From the NCBI GenBank assembly GCA_964016885.1, contig OZ024742.1, positions 331,948,001-332,012,000 of the forward strand: 64,000 bases of DNA, in the 5' to 3' direction. The notes under the pieces were generated by a model. It had not been told where the DNA came from and did not search any database. It worked only from the letters and a program-made list of their open reading frames with translations. The position numbers were made by a program, and so were the translations under genes. Shown here one piece after another: positions 1 through 14,335 of the stretch (position 1 is the first letter of the stretch; the number at the start of each line of letters is the position of its first letter). Source of the DNA: Eledone cirrhosa (lineage: Eukaryota).

Positions 1-757
1 CTTACTAAACTTAATGGACTCTATTCTAATCGCTCTTTTCAGAGCAAACCACCATTTGTTGTTGACGATGGCCCCCATCAACGCTCGCTTAACTAGTTCG
101 CTAATCCGGTCTCTGTAGGCCTTGCGCGCTGGTAAGGACGCGTTTAGCTTCCAGTAGCCGGGTCCTCGTCAAGCACACAGATTACGAATTTGTGGTCCGT
201 GTAGTTGACTATCTTGAATTGTGGACAGCCTATGCTAGACCTATCTATTTCTCTACAAAATACTCTATCTAGATATGATCTGGATGACCCTATGCCATTT
301 GGCCAAGTCCACATTGGCACATTTGGGAAATCCATCGGTACCTGTCAGACAGTTCAAAACGCCTGAGCACCCTCCTCCCCTATCCGCTAATCCCACTCAC
401 TCCTAGCATGCATCTAAGATCCCGTTCCAGTCGCCCACTAACACAAAAGAGCGGGACGTTCCTAGAAAGGTCTCCAGACGCCGGAAGAAATCAGGCCGCC
501 CTGCTCTTGCCTTTCTCCGCTGGTCACGTCCAGCACCACCAACTTACCTTCTGGGTACAGGAAGATGGCCCGTATGGCGAGATCCAAACCTCTCCGAAAA
601 AGCACAACAACTCCTTCCCCCGATCCCGGACGATTCTGGTCTCGCTGATGGCCACTACATCTATGTTTAGTGACCTGAGGTCGTTGAGCAGGTGGCCCTG
701 CTTCCATGACGACCCCAAGCTACGCGCATTTATGCTGCCTATTCTGAGTGAGGTCAT
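1..757 (-). pseudogene. LINE ORF2 N-terminus (APE endonuclease), frameshifted
   Basis: The fragments 524..790 and 144..335 carry APE motifs in different frames. Confidence 0.8.
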
Positions 758-1640
758 GTTGAAACGTGTGAAAAAGATGGGAAAGACCACTTACCTTACT
801 TCTTCTCGCAGAGAAAGGATGGTTTCACCATCCCTTTTCAGTTGATCGTCTGGTGAAGGGACCGTTGAATTGCCCCTTCGGCTGGTCGTCGGCTCTTCAG
901 TGAGTATATCCGAATATACGCTCCGGTTGAGTGTCTCTCCTAGGTCTCTGAAATCACCAACTGCGTTGGGGAATTTCGTTTTAATGTTTCTGTATTGTTT
1001 CTATGATATTTTTACCAGCCTTATGTTCGTTGGTGGTTTGATTGGTGCTGGTATTATGTAGTGGTGCTGTGAAATGTCTGTGTGTTCAATTATGTAAGTA
1101 ATTAATTTCTTGTTGTGTGTATTTATTGCTGTGCATTTGTTTTTTCTGGGGGCGGTGTGTGGTTCTGCTATTTTCTTGTCGTTGTTGCTGGGTGTGTGTG
1201 TTTTGTTGTGTTTGCGATGTCGGTGCTTGTGGTGGTGGTGTTGAAGGTGTTGTTGTTGTTGGCGGTGGGGTTGCCTCCGGTGGTGATGGTGGTGCTAGTG
1301 TGGGTGGTGATGGTGTTGGTGGTCTTGCTGCTGTAAGTCTTTTTGCAGAAGCCTTTACTCTTTTCTTCGTTTCTTTCCTCACTTTTTGAAGGCGACGATG
1401 CGCTGCTTCTGCGTTTGTGCCTTCTTGCGCCTTTTGCCATCCCTCTTCCACCTCACACTCCATGTCCGATTCTGTGAGGTCGGCGAGGGTTACCAGCTTC
1501 ACTCTTTCAATTGTTGTTGTTGGTGATGTTTGCAGTGGAGTCTCTGTTGCAGCTGCAGTTGGTATGCTGTTGTTGTTGTTAATACTTCCACTGTTGCTGC
1601 TGTTCTTGATTTCCGTGGCGTGGGTTTGGGTGCCACGGAC

Positions 1641-2942
<1,302 letters not shown>

Positions 2943-3254
2943 TCTTCTCTCTGCTGTAGTGACGATTGGGGAAGAAGACGGAATGAGTGGGAGTGACTTG
3001 TGAAAATTCTTTTTTGGACCATGTTTTTTGGTTTAAAATAAATATTGGGCACAAAACCCCAATAAGCGGTTATTTAACCCCGAAGGGCCAAATAACGGGC
3101 AGAAAGACCCCTCTCACGAGGAGGAGGTTGTTTTTATCTACAATTTGGTTAAAGTTGTGAACAATTTACAGTTGTTATAGCGGTTAAAATTTCCTATACC
3201 TTACAGAGCCGAGCCTCCGTCAACTATGGCATTCAATAATAATAATAATAATAA

Positions 3255-3285
<31 letters not shown>

Positions 3286-3303
3286 AAGAAGAAGAAGAAG
3301 AAG

Positions 3304-3352
<49 letters not shown>

Positions 3353-3795
3353 GGAAATTTAGTAAAATCGAATCTCTGGCGGTTTACAAGCAAATTCGCC
3401 CGATGTTTCAAGCTATTTAAACGTATATATATATGATAACCCTGTGAACGACGAGTCTCAAATTTTAGCAAGAAGAAGAAGAAGAATAAGATATAAACAA
3501 AATAATAAAATAATTTGCACATATATGTTGATTCAGAGAAGAGAGTTCATTTTTCTATCCATATTTCTCTCCTAATAGCTTGAACATGTATGTGAAAATT
3601 ATTTATTTTCCCCTTTTTATTTTTATCAGTATTATTATTATCACTATTTATACATATATGCGACTTAATAATATTCAGCAAATCCGCAATTGACAATGCA
3701 TACGATATTGAAACAGATATTGTAAATAAATTAATGTTTTGATATTTCACTGAAAAAATCTTTTTAACATTTTCTACTGAAAAAAATCGTATTCC

Positions 3796-3833
<38 letters not shown>

Positions 3834-3869
3834 AACCCTGCGAATAAAGAGTCTCACATTTTAGCCTTA

Positions 3870-3990
<121 letters not shown>

Positions 3991-4264
3991 CGCGCGTGCT
4001 CACGTATGTGTGTGTATATACACAATACAAAATCCCTGTTTCTACAAAGTGAATTTGATTGTGCAGCTACCAGACTTGAAAAATATCTATTAAAGTATTT
4101 ATTATTGACTACATTATGTTCAAACCCTGTGACAGTATGCTTGCAATCATTTAAGCAATTAAAAAATACATAATTTATCTCTTCAACTGGAAATAGAATA
4201 TTTTCTAGTGAAATGATTGTGTTAGATATTGAATTACAGTCCATGTTAACAGGTGATTGCTGCT

Positions 4265-4470
4265 GGTGGATTGGCAGAATTTTTAGGGTATCGGATAAAA
4301 GGCGAATGTGGCTACTATTTTGAGATTTTACAATCTGAATACAAATAACTCCGAGGTGAATTTCGCATTTCATCTTTTTGGTGTCGAAAAAATACAAGGA
4401 GTCAAGTACTGTGGTTGATTTAATTAAATATTGCCCTCCAGCATCCCCCATATATGCTGGCCGTGTGCTT
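4265..4470 (+). mobile_element. Degenerate tRNA-derived SINE
   Basis: Starts ggtggattggcagaat and contains ccgaggtgaatttcgcatttcatc, aligning by eye to the SINE at 15501-15677. Confidence 0.55.
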
Positions 4471-5887
4471 GAATTATAATTCATTATTAATAACTGAATT
4501 CATTACCGAACCGAAATTAGTATGTTTGTCAAAATTGATTAAAACTGTTTATTACCCTAAACGACAAAATATTAGAGGATTCGATTGGTATGTGAATCTC
4601 AACAAATATCTGTCCCTCTAAATATCTTCTCATACAAATGATGGAAAGCGACAAAGTTTAGAGTTAAGTAATCAACCGATTATATTCACTAAAGTACACA
4701 AGGTGACAATAAACTCACCCTCATCTAAGTGTTAGTCCACCTCGTGTTCTCAATGTATAGTAAAGGACAACCCTATCTCAAAATCTTGTAGTCATGTGAC
4801 CTATTCTTACTTATTTAAAGAAGAATTTAAAAACTAATTTGAAAATTATGAAACAGTACCTGCAGTAACATATTTTAGTCATTTTGTCTTTGCTTTCTAT
4901 AGAGAGCCATACATAGAGAAACTATTCTAATATTATATGTTTCGATGTATTACATATTTTTAGACAACAGTAAAGACAAATGCAGAAAAAGAGCAAAGAA
5001 AATACATATATGAAGATTAAATGATTTTTATCCTTTTAAATTAATTAGACGAAAAGAGGATAAATGATATTAATGCATTTTACATGGAATTTTCTGTCTG
5101 GAAAATTCAATACTGTTCTCTCTCAACTTGAACGTCTAGAGACTGGTGTGGAAATAGTACTTCCAATGGTGTGATCAGAAATAGCATTTCATTGGTGTGC
5201 AATTCTGACGAGAAAGGTAAAATAAAGTATGTTCATCACCACGTCAGCCCTAATAGATCTGTCACACCTATAAAAAAGGCTCATTCCAGACATAACTAAA
5301 TTATTCACATTGCTATTAGTAGCAGCCAAACCGTCATCTTCTTGTTTGATACGTAGCAAATAAAATGACTATACGTGCCAGTTAACTAAAGCTCCAGTTT
5401 ATCCTGTACTCGTTACAATTACAAGCCCTAGTAGATGTTGGTAAACGGGGCAATATCCCACCACATATGACTATTACATAACATGTGTCTTGGTGCCAGG
5501 TGTATGATTCATGATTTTCCTCGTCGCTTCATTTTTTTTTTTTTTTGGCTTCTTATCTCTTCATTTCTTCCATAACTTTGTTAACGGGTTATATATTATG
5601 CTTTAATGTATTCAGCCTCTATATCTAGTCAAGAATACTCAGTTTTACTGAATTTGGGGTATTGTTTCTAAACGATTAGAAATGCATCTTCTACATTACA
5701 ATTCTTTTTGTGGGATTTTTATTGTAAACTAAGATGGATTTAAGTAAAATATGTAAAACATTTAGTTTGATGTTTTAAACTTTTTTTGATAAGTAAAAGG
5801 GAGTTTCATTTAAAATCGGGTAAAAATGAGATATTGATGCCTTAAAACATTTATCCATGGGAATGGGAGCTGTGAGTAATATCGATG

Positions 5888-6250
5888 TACGAGGTGCGTC
5901 AGAAAAGTAACAACACCCAGTGTGTTGTTTGAGATCTGAGTGGGGTATGGATTAGAGGGTTGGGTCAGTGTGTGACGTAATAACAAGGAAGTTTTTAACT
6001 ATGAACCCAGCTCCCTGCGAGTATTGTTTGTTTTTTTACTTACTTTTCTTAACAGCTCCTTAATTTTAGGCCATCGAGTAATGGGCAACAAGACAAACTA
6101 AAGATTCTGGTCCCGCTGATGAAAGTAACGCCAAAAGCACTTCAAATACTGCAGCAAATGCACGGAGATGATACGATGTCCCTCTCACGGGCTTTCGACT
6201 GGCACAAAATGTTCAGAGATGGACGCAACGACGTGGAAGACGACACCCCA
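5888..6250 (+). mobile_element. Mariner (Tc1/mariner) transposon 5' remnant
   Basis: TA followed by CGAGGTGCGTCAGAAAAGT resembles a mariner TIR. ORF 6119..6313 (LQQMHGDDTMSLSRAFDWHKMFRDGRNDVEDD) resembles the mariner transposase HTH. Confidence 0.65.
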
Positions 6251-7918
6251 TCAGTCATTAGAGACTTAGTTAATATTTCTACAAAATCAAGTGACTGCAT
6301 GTCCTTTCTATAGTGTGATCACTTATGGTGCTGTAGATGTTTGTGCTATTTTCTCGGATTCAGATAAAAACACCATGCTACCAGTATGTATGCAAGCCCT
6401 TTTCCAAATATACTTTCTGTAAAACAGAAACTTCATTTGTAAAATTCAGAGTGTTATTTGAGGAGGATTATTTGCTAGTTTAGCAGATTCGAGAATTGCG
6501 TAGAGTCAAGTTTTCTCTACAATCTAATCTAGTTAATCCGAATATGCTTGGGTTTAGGTGTGCGTAAATTAAAAACCACTCGACTTACCCGTAGATTCCT
6601 TTAGATTTTTCCCTAGATCGCTACATTTATACAGATAAGGAATTATATTTGATTTGGAATAGGACAGCCTAGGGAGATGACAGTTACATCACCTCTACTC
6701 TAGTTATCATAAAAATTACCCTTGAGTAATTTATGACAGTACTAATTCTAACACGTTTGGGTTCCTAGAGAATAGTATCATAAGCGTGTTCCTGCCTTTG
6801 CTGGCTGTGGTGCAACTAATTCTGGTTTGGTCGATGTTGAGATATTTAGGTTTCTTAATATATTTTGATCAGTCTGTAACGTCAGATTTGACCAGTAGCG
6901 ACGTTCAGAATTGTAGTAATTGTGTAAATAATGAATGGTGTAAAAAGAAAGAAAATGACAATATTTAGAATTTATCGAAGACCCCTTCGATGCCTGTTGA
7001 AGTTTAAATTATTGCTGAAGCCATTTCACATTCATAGAATGTGACCAAGTAGAAACAAATTGAGAAATATCAGTGTAGGTTTTTCTTATGAATATTTAAT
7101 ATACTGATATGTTCCACATGTTGTTATTTATCCACGTCAATCTGATAAAACAACTATAACTAAAATCATTCCAGACGATGCTATCACGCCGTATATTTCA
7201 AACATGTTTGTTGTTTACAGAGCTAGATTTAGAAGATCTTAAAAATGTTCATCTCATCGGAGTTTTTGAATGTATTGATTACAGTGTTGAGACGGCAACC
7301 ATATCACCAGTCTCATGACAATATGCTGGATTTAATTTCAGAATGTGGTAACAGATTGCGCAAAACATCCTCTTTGACTGTCTAACATGTCTGCTTAGCC
7401 ATCACCCTCGAAATGTAAAGTTCCCTTCATGGGATTAGACTTGGAGTCAAGAGGCCCGTAGCAAATATCAGAATGCATTTAATCCGACAAACTTAGACTT
7501 CAGCCGTTTTGCCACTACAGTGTATTATATAATTTGGGGTTATATACCTTTGTGAGTGTCATTGTTCTTTAAAATAACTGGGCTGGAGTTGAGAGAAAAT
7601 CGTTTGCCATGCGAAGTAAGTCGAGCAACTACAGATATGCTCCATTTAAGCGGAGGCATTTACTAAATATAACTAATGGGGAACTAGTGAAGATATATTT
7701 CTTTTTGTTGGAAGAAGTGTTGGAGAGAGAGAGAGAGGGAAAGAGGGCTGTTGTATGATGTTTGCATCAATGATTAATGATCATTCAGCATCAGATTGGC
7801 TTCTGTGAACTGTTAATACGCTTAGTGACAAGAATGATAAATTTTGCGAATGATGTAAATATATTTAGTTTGATATTTCAGATTAGTAAGCTTATGTTTA
7901 CGAGTAAAGAAATAGCAA

Positions 7919-7982
<64 letters not shown>

Positions 7983-8209
7983 TTTTGCGAGGTTTTTTAT
8001 ATGAAATCGTGTGTCGAAGCAAATATTGTTATACTTGGGGAGGGTCATATTTGTGTAATATTGCCAGAATTGATAACAGAACACACTCACTGTTTGGTTG
8101 GTTTTCGCTTCTCGCTGTCTTTTATATCGGTAATCTAACTTACTCGGTCCTCAATGTTGCCATTGACTGACCGACGGTCAAAAAATAATACAGATACAAT
8201 ATAGACACA

Positions 8210-8272
8210 AACACATATATATAGTTTATCCTAAATCATTCGTTGCACATCTGCAACATCGTCAGTGGTGTT
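8210..8272 (-). ncRNA. Mirror copy of the pLTR hammerhead (GAAA changed to GAAT)
   Basis: Reverse complement reads aacacca-CTGACGA-tgttgcagatgtgcaac-GAAT...tatgtgtt. Confidence 0.5.
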
Positions 8273-8504
8273 ATATTTTCCTCCTGTTGTGTTGTATGTC
8301 TACGCCATTTTTATTCAGTCTGTCTATATATTTATTTATTTATTTGCTTGTTTGTTTATTTTATTTTGTTTTCTTTGCGCATGCCTTTGCGTGTGTGTAT
8401 AGTGTTATGTTTGCTGTGTGATGGGTGACTAGTGTGTGTTTATGTGCTTGTTGTTATTGTGCTTGTGTATGTATTTATTTATTTATCTTATTTTATTTAC
8501 TTAT

Positions 8505-10676
8505 TTATACTTCTCTTAGGTCAGTGTTGTTTGTTTGGGTGTTGTTGTTATTCCATTCATTGTTTCTATTTAGCTTAGGTCCTCTAATTTCTATTTCACT
8601 GGCCTCTCTGATTTGTCTATCTGCTGGGTCATTTCTATGTTTAGATATTCTAATTTCTATGTTGTCTATGTTACCGTCATGTTGTTGTCTAGCATGTTCG
8701 TATAGTACTGACCCGTTTTTTCGTCCTTTTAGTTCCCCCCAGTGTTGGTCTATCCTTTCACCTATGCTACGAGCCGTCTCACGTATATATGTTGTTGTCA
8801 TGTTTCTGCAAGTATCCTCTGTACATCTTATGCTATAGAATACGTTTCTAGTTTTACAGTTTATCCGGGGGTTCACCTTACATATGATACATTTCCTATT
8901 GGTACAGTGGGTTTTCTTAAAAGGGTAGGTTTTTCTGATCAGGGATTTTATGGTGGTTCCTGGCTTTTCTACCACCTTTATTTTTAAGTGGGTCTTTCTC
9001 AGGGCCTTTCTACACTGGGTAGCTAATTTCCCTCCAGGGGTGGCGTCCACAAACATGACACTCTGGTATCTCTGGTTGTCGTACCATGAGGTGGCTTTCC
9101 CTATCTTATGTCTAGCCCTATCTAAGCTATTCCATGATTTGCTCCTGTATAATGGGCAAATTCCTTTCATGTCCAGTTCTATGAGGGTCTTATACTTTTC
9201 CATGTACCCTTCGTATACTCTGACTCTGTCTCTTTGGTTGTAGCCAGAGAACTGCATGCGGTTGATGAAGTGTTGGATGTGTCTTTCCATTTCTGTTGGG
9301 TCGCACATGCGGGACACATTCTTCATCACTCGTACCAAATCTGCGATCAGAATATTAAACTTAGCACTACTGGACATTGCTGAGTCTTTGAGTATCAGGT
9401 ATTTGGAGGCGATGGCTTTAGCATAGTGTGAGTGGAGAATTTGGGCTCTCTCGTCTATAGTGTTAATCCAGAGTTCTGTGTCTAATACAGGTAGTCTATT
9501 GTTAGGGTGTTTGGAAGGGAAGTCGATAGTTACAGTTATACTCTGGTGTATGGAATTAGCTATCTGCTGGATGCTTTCCATCGTGCTACGTTCTAAATCA
9601 AACTTGTTAGTGCTCTCTAGTGGGTGTGTTCTTATAACTATATTGATATCGTCTACATAACGAGAGTACATGATGAGGTCTATGGAGCTTTCATTAAGGA
9701 GATCTTTAAGTCTCCTTTCCCACCATACCATGAAAAGGTTGGCAACATCACCAGCTATGCTGACGCCGATGGCTGCTCCCTCATTTTGGGTGTAGATTTT
9801 CTCATTGAACTTAAATATGTGGCCCTTTAGAGTAGTTTTGATACTAGTCCCTATTGCATGTGCGACCATTTTTCTTACCTGATCATTATTTTGGGGGGTC
9901 AGTATAGCTTTGGTCCACCCAATCCACCTTCCCATGGGAGTCCTTTTTGCCATTGAGGTTATGGTGGAGGGTCTACCTCTTATAGGTCTACTAGGGCAGA
10001 AACATCTAAGGTCATAGATGTCTAGGTAGTCAGTGTCGTAGGTAAATCTAAGTAGGAGGCCCAGTTCGTCTGTGTCGACGTCGCAGAACTCCACCTCACT
10101 CTCAATAATCATCTCCACAGATCTTTTCACAGCAAAATCAATGTTAATGGATGGGTACAGTGACACCACATCCATGCTGCCTATTATGCAGTTGGATAGG
10201 CTCCTGTTTTTGTTGCATTCACTGATTCTGCTGAGGAGGTCCTCTGTACTGTCACATACATCTGGGGACATCTTGATTATGGGGCGTATAACCATTGAGA
10301 GGAAGTAGGAGATCCTGTAGTTGCTAGCTATATTAGCTTCGCATACGGGTCTTGTTGGTGGTCCTGTTGTCGGGTCGTCAACTGTCTTGTGGTCTTTGCG
10401 GAGCCCATACAATGGTGGTATGCCATTGTTAGACGCCTGGAAGTTGTTGGCAGTGCGTCTGCTTGGCTTTAGGATGTCAGTCCACATCATCGTGTGAGCG
10501 TTGAGGATTTGTTCTCTCCCATCGTGTGTTTGTTGTGCAATATCGCTCGTGTTGGTGATGTGGGTTTGCATAGCCTCGATGTAGTTCGGCATGCTATCTA
10601 TTGACATCCTACCAGACTTATCCGTGGGTAGACACACTACCTCACCATCCCTTGTGCGCTGCTTGAGGCTAACCAA
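8505..10676 (-). CDS. PLE reverse transcriptase with C-terminal GIY-YIG endonuclease (uninterrupted 723-aa frame)
   Basis: Motifs PTDKSG, LYGLRKDHK...RPV, SMDVVSLYPSI, QNEGAAIG, YSRYVDD, LPVLD, a Cys-rich linker, and FYSIRC...YIRET...R...H...RE...P.LN. An 8-bp duplication near 10842-10857 shifts the upstream frame. Confidence 0.9.
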   Translation of the reverse strand: MVSLKQRTRDGEVVCLPTDKSGRMSIDSMPNYIEAMQTHITNTSDIAQQTHDGREQILNAHTMMWTDILKPSRRTANNFQASNNGIPPLYGLRKDHKTVDDPTTGPPTRPVCEANIASNYRISYFLSMVIRPIIKMSPDVCDSTEDLLSRISECNKNRSLSNCIIGSMDVVSLYPSINIDFAVKRSVEMIIESEVEFCDVDTDELGLLLRFTYDTDYLDIYDLRCFCPSRPIRGRPSTITSMAKRTPMGRWIGWTKAILTPQNNDQVRKMVAHAIGTSIKTTLKGHIFKFNEKIYTQNEGAAIGVSIAGDVANLFMVWWERRLKDLLNESSIDLIMYSRYVDDINIVIRTHPLESTNKFDLERSTMESIQQIANSIHQSITVTIDFPSKHPNNRLPVLDTELWINTIDERAQILHSHYAKAIASKYLILKDSAMSSSAKFNILIADLVRVMKNVSRMCDPTEMERHIQHFINRMQFSGYNQRDRVRVYEGYMEKYKTLIELDMKGICPLYRSKSWNSLDRARHKIGKATSWYDNQRYQSVMFVDATPGGKLATQCRKALRKTHLKIKVVEKPGTTIKSLIRKTYPFKKTHCTNRKCIICKVNPRINCKTRNVFYSIRCTEDTCRNMTTTYIRETARSIGERIDQHWGELKGRKNGSVLYEHARQQHDGNIDNIEIRISKHRNDPADRQIREASEIEIRGPKLNRNNEWNNNNTQTNNTDLREV

Positions 10677-11310
10677 GCCTTCTACAGGTTTCCTCCCAAG
10701 TTGTTGGGCCTCTGGTCTGCTCTGTCTCTTAGTATACCTGTCTACTATTTGTCTAATCTTATTTCTAGCTATGGTGAACTGTGCCTCTGTCTCGTCATCT
10801 ATTTGTTGTGGTATGCAAACTCTTTTATTAAAGGGTAACCTCGTAGGATCGTAGGATAGATATTACCCATCTTATATGTTTTGTCAGCTGGGTTGAAAAA
10901 TAGTTTCTCTAAGGGGTTGTCATTATATATATCGTCATAGTTGTGTGTGTTGCTATTATTGTTGTCAGGGTGGTTGTTGTTGTTCCTATCATTAGCATTA
11001 CTATTATTGTTATGATTGCTAGGTGTATTGTTGTTTACTTCACCGTTATTGTTGTTGTTGTTACTGTTATTTCTACCACTGTGGTTGTTACTTTTATTAT
11101 GTTTCTTGTTTTTGTGTCTATCATTGATGTTGCTACATGTACTATTTCCATTATTACCACTGTGGTTGTTGTTGTTGTTCGTATTGTTACCGTTATTACT
11201 ACTGTGGTCGCTGTTGCTGTGTCTGTGGTTAATGTTTCTATTATTATTATTATTGTGGTTGTTGTTGTTCTGTCTATCGCTAGTATTATTACCATTATCA
11301 TTATCACTAT

Positions 11311-14300
11311 ACAACAATAACGGTGAAGTAAACAACAATACACCTAGCAATCATAACAATAATAATAATGCTAATGATAGAAACAACAACAACCACCCTG
11401 ATAACAACAATAGCAACACACACAACTATGACGATAGATATAATGACAACCCTTTAGAGAAACTATTTTTCAACCCAGCTGACAAAACATATAAGATGGG
11501 TAATATCTATCCTACGAGGTTACCCTTTAATAAAAGAGTTTGCATACCACAACAAATAGATGACGAGACAGAGGCACAGTTCACCATAGCTAGAAATAAG
11601 ATTATACAAATAGTAGACAGGTATACTAAGAGACAGAGCAGACCAGAGGCCCAACAACTTGGGAGGAAACCTGTAGAAGGCTTGGTTAGCCTCAAGCAGC
11701 GCACAAGGGATGGTGAGGTAGTGTGTCTACCCACGGATAAGTCTGGTAGGATGTCAATAGATAGCATGCCGAACTACATCGAGGCTATGCAAACCCACAT
11801 CACCAACACGAGCGATATTGCACAACAAACACACGATGGGAGAGAAAAAATCCTCAACGCTCACATGATGATGTGGACTGACATCCCAAAGCCAAGCAGA
11901 CGCACTGCCAACAACTTCCAGGCGTCTAACAATGGCATACCACCCTTGTATGGGCTCCGCAAAGACCACAAGATAGTCGACGACCCGACAACAGGACCAC
12001 CAACATGACCCGTATGCGAAGCTAATATAGCTAGCAACTACAGGATCTCCTACTTCCTCTCAATGGTTATACGCCCCATAATCAAGATGTCCCCAGATGT
12101 ATGTGACAGTACAGAGGACCTCCTCAGCAGAATCAGTGAGTGCAACAAAAACAGGAGCCTATCCAACTGCATAATAGGCAGCATGGATGTGGTGTCACTG
12201 TACCCATCCATTAACATTGATTTTGCTGTGAAAAGATCTGTGGAGATGATCATTGAGAGTGAGGTGGAGTTCTGCGACGTCGACACAGACGAACTGGGCC
12301 TCCTACTTAGATTTACATACGACACTGACTACCTAGACAGCCATGACCTTAGATGTTTCTGCCCTAGTAGACCTATAAGAGGTAGACCCCCACCATAACC
12401 TCAATGGCAAAAAAGACTCCCATGGGAAGGTGGATTGGGTGGACCAAAGCGATACGGACCCCCAAAAACAATGATCAGGTAAGAAACATGGTCACCCATG
12501 CAATAGGGGCTAGTATCAAAACTACCCTAAAGGGCCACATATGTAAGTTCAATGAGAAAATCTACACCCAAAATGAGGGAGCAGCCATCGGCGTCAGCAT
12601 AGCTGGTGATGTTGCCAACCTTTTCATGGTATGGTGGGAAAGGAGACTTAAAGATCTCCTTAATGAAAGCTCCATAGACCTCATCATGTACTCTCGTTAT
12701 GTAGACGATATCAATATAGTTATAAGAACACCCCCACTAGAGAGCACTAATAAGTTTGATTTAGAACGTAACACGATGGAAAGCATCCAGCAGATAGCTA
12801 ATTCCATACACCAGAGTATAACTGTAACTATCGACTTCCCTTCCAAACACCCTAACAATAGACTACCTGTATTAGACACAGAACTCTGGATTAACACTAT
12901 AGACGAGAGAGCCCAAATTCTCCACTCACACTATGCTAAAGCCATCGCCTCCAAATACCTGATACTCAAAAACTCAGCAATGTCCAGTAGTGATAAGTTT
13001 AATATTCTGATCGCAGATTTGGTACTAGTGATGAAGAATGTGTCCCGCATGTGCGACCCAACAGAAATGGAAAGACACATCCAACACTTCATCAACCGCA
13101 TGCAGTTCTCTGGCTACAACCAAAGAGACAGAGTCAGATTATACGAAGGGTACATGGAAAAGTATAAGAACCTCATAGACCTGGACATGAAAGGAATTTG
13201 CCCATTGTACAGGAGCAAATCATGGAATAGCTTAGATAGGGCTAGACATAAGGTAGGGAAAGCCACCTCTTGGTACGACAACCAGAGATACCAGAGTGTC
13301 ATGTTTGTGGACGCCATCCCTGGAGAGAAATTAGCTAACCAGTGTAGAAAGGCACTGAGAAAGACCCACTTAAAAATAAAGGTGGTAGAAAAGCCAGGAA
13401 CCACTATAAAATCCCTGATCAGCAAAACCTACCCTTTTAAGAAAACCCACTGTACCAATAGGAAATGTATCATATGTAAGGTGAACCCCCGGATAAACTG
13501 TAAAACTAGAAACGTAGTCTATAGCATAAGATGTACAGAGGATACTTGCAGAAACATGACAACAACATATATAGGTGAGACTGCTCGTAGCATAGGTGAA
13601 AGGATAGACCAACACTGGGGGGGAACTAAAGGGACGAAAAAACAGGTCAGTACTATACGAACATGCTAGACAACAACATGACGGTAACATAGACAACATA
13701 GAAATTAGAATATCTAAACATAGAAATGACCTAGCCGATAGGCAAATCAGAGAGGCCAGTGAAATAGAAATTAGAAGACCAAAGCTAAACAGAAAGAATG
13801 AATGGAATAACAACAACACCCAAACAAACAACACTGACCTAAGAGAAGTATAAATAAGTAAATAAAATAAGATAAATAAATAAATACATAAACAAGCACA
13901 ATAACAACAAGCACATAAACACACACTAGTCACCCATCACACAGCAAACATAACACTATACACACACGCAAACGCATGCGCAAAGAAAACAAAATAAAAT
14001 AAACAAACAAGCAAATAAATAAATAAATATATAGACAGACTGAATAAAAATGGCGTAGACATACAACACAACAGGAGGAAAATATAACACAGCTGACGAT
14101 GTTGCAGATGTGCAACGAAAGATTTACGATAAACTATATATATGTGTTTGTGTCTATATTGTATCTGTATTATTTTTTGACCGTCTGTCAGTCAATGGCA
14201 ACATTGAGGACCGAGTAAGTTAGATTACCGATATAAAAGACAGCGAGAAGCGAAAACCAAACAAACAGTGAGTGTGTTCTGTTATTAATTCTGGCAATAT

Positions 14301-14335
14301 TACACAAATATGACCCTCCCCAAGTATAACAATAT
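11311..14335 (+). mobile_element. Penelope-like element, right arm of palindrome (ORF disrupted)
   Basis: Same protein as the left arm, split by TGA at 12006 and frameshifts near 12390 and 13620. It retains YIGET and ends cccaagtataacaatat followed by (AT)n. Confidence 0.93.
14086..14148 (+). ncRNA. Degenerate type I hammerhead ribozyme in the PLE pLTR
   Basis: AACACA-g-CTGACGA-T-GTTGCA-gatg-TGCAAC-GAAA-...-TA-TGTGTT. Core, stem II and stem I are present; stem III is imperfect. Confidence 0.6.

Larger units (their letters stand above)
8023..11310 (-). mobile_element. Penelope-like element, left arm of palindrome (5'-truncated)
   Basis: RT plus GIY-YIG ORF and 3'UTR/pLTR; reverse complement of 11311-14335, plus about 254 bp of extra Asn-rich 5' sequence (11057-11310). 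Confidence 0.93.

Noticed and set aside
12006-12008. In-frame TGA in the PLE ORF as possible selenocysteine (reported for some Naiad PLEs)
   Set aside because: The sister arm has AGA (Arg of the conserved RPV motif) at this position, not Cys, so it is a simple nonsense mutation.
8023-14335. Palindrome as an assembly or amplification chimera
   Set aside because: The arms differ by many substitutions and independent indels; a technical fold-back would give identical arms.
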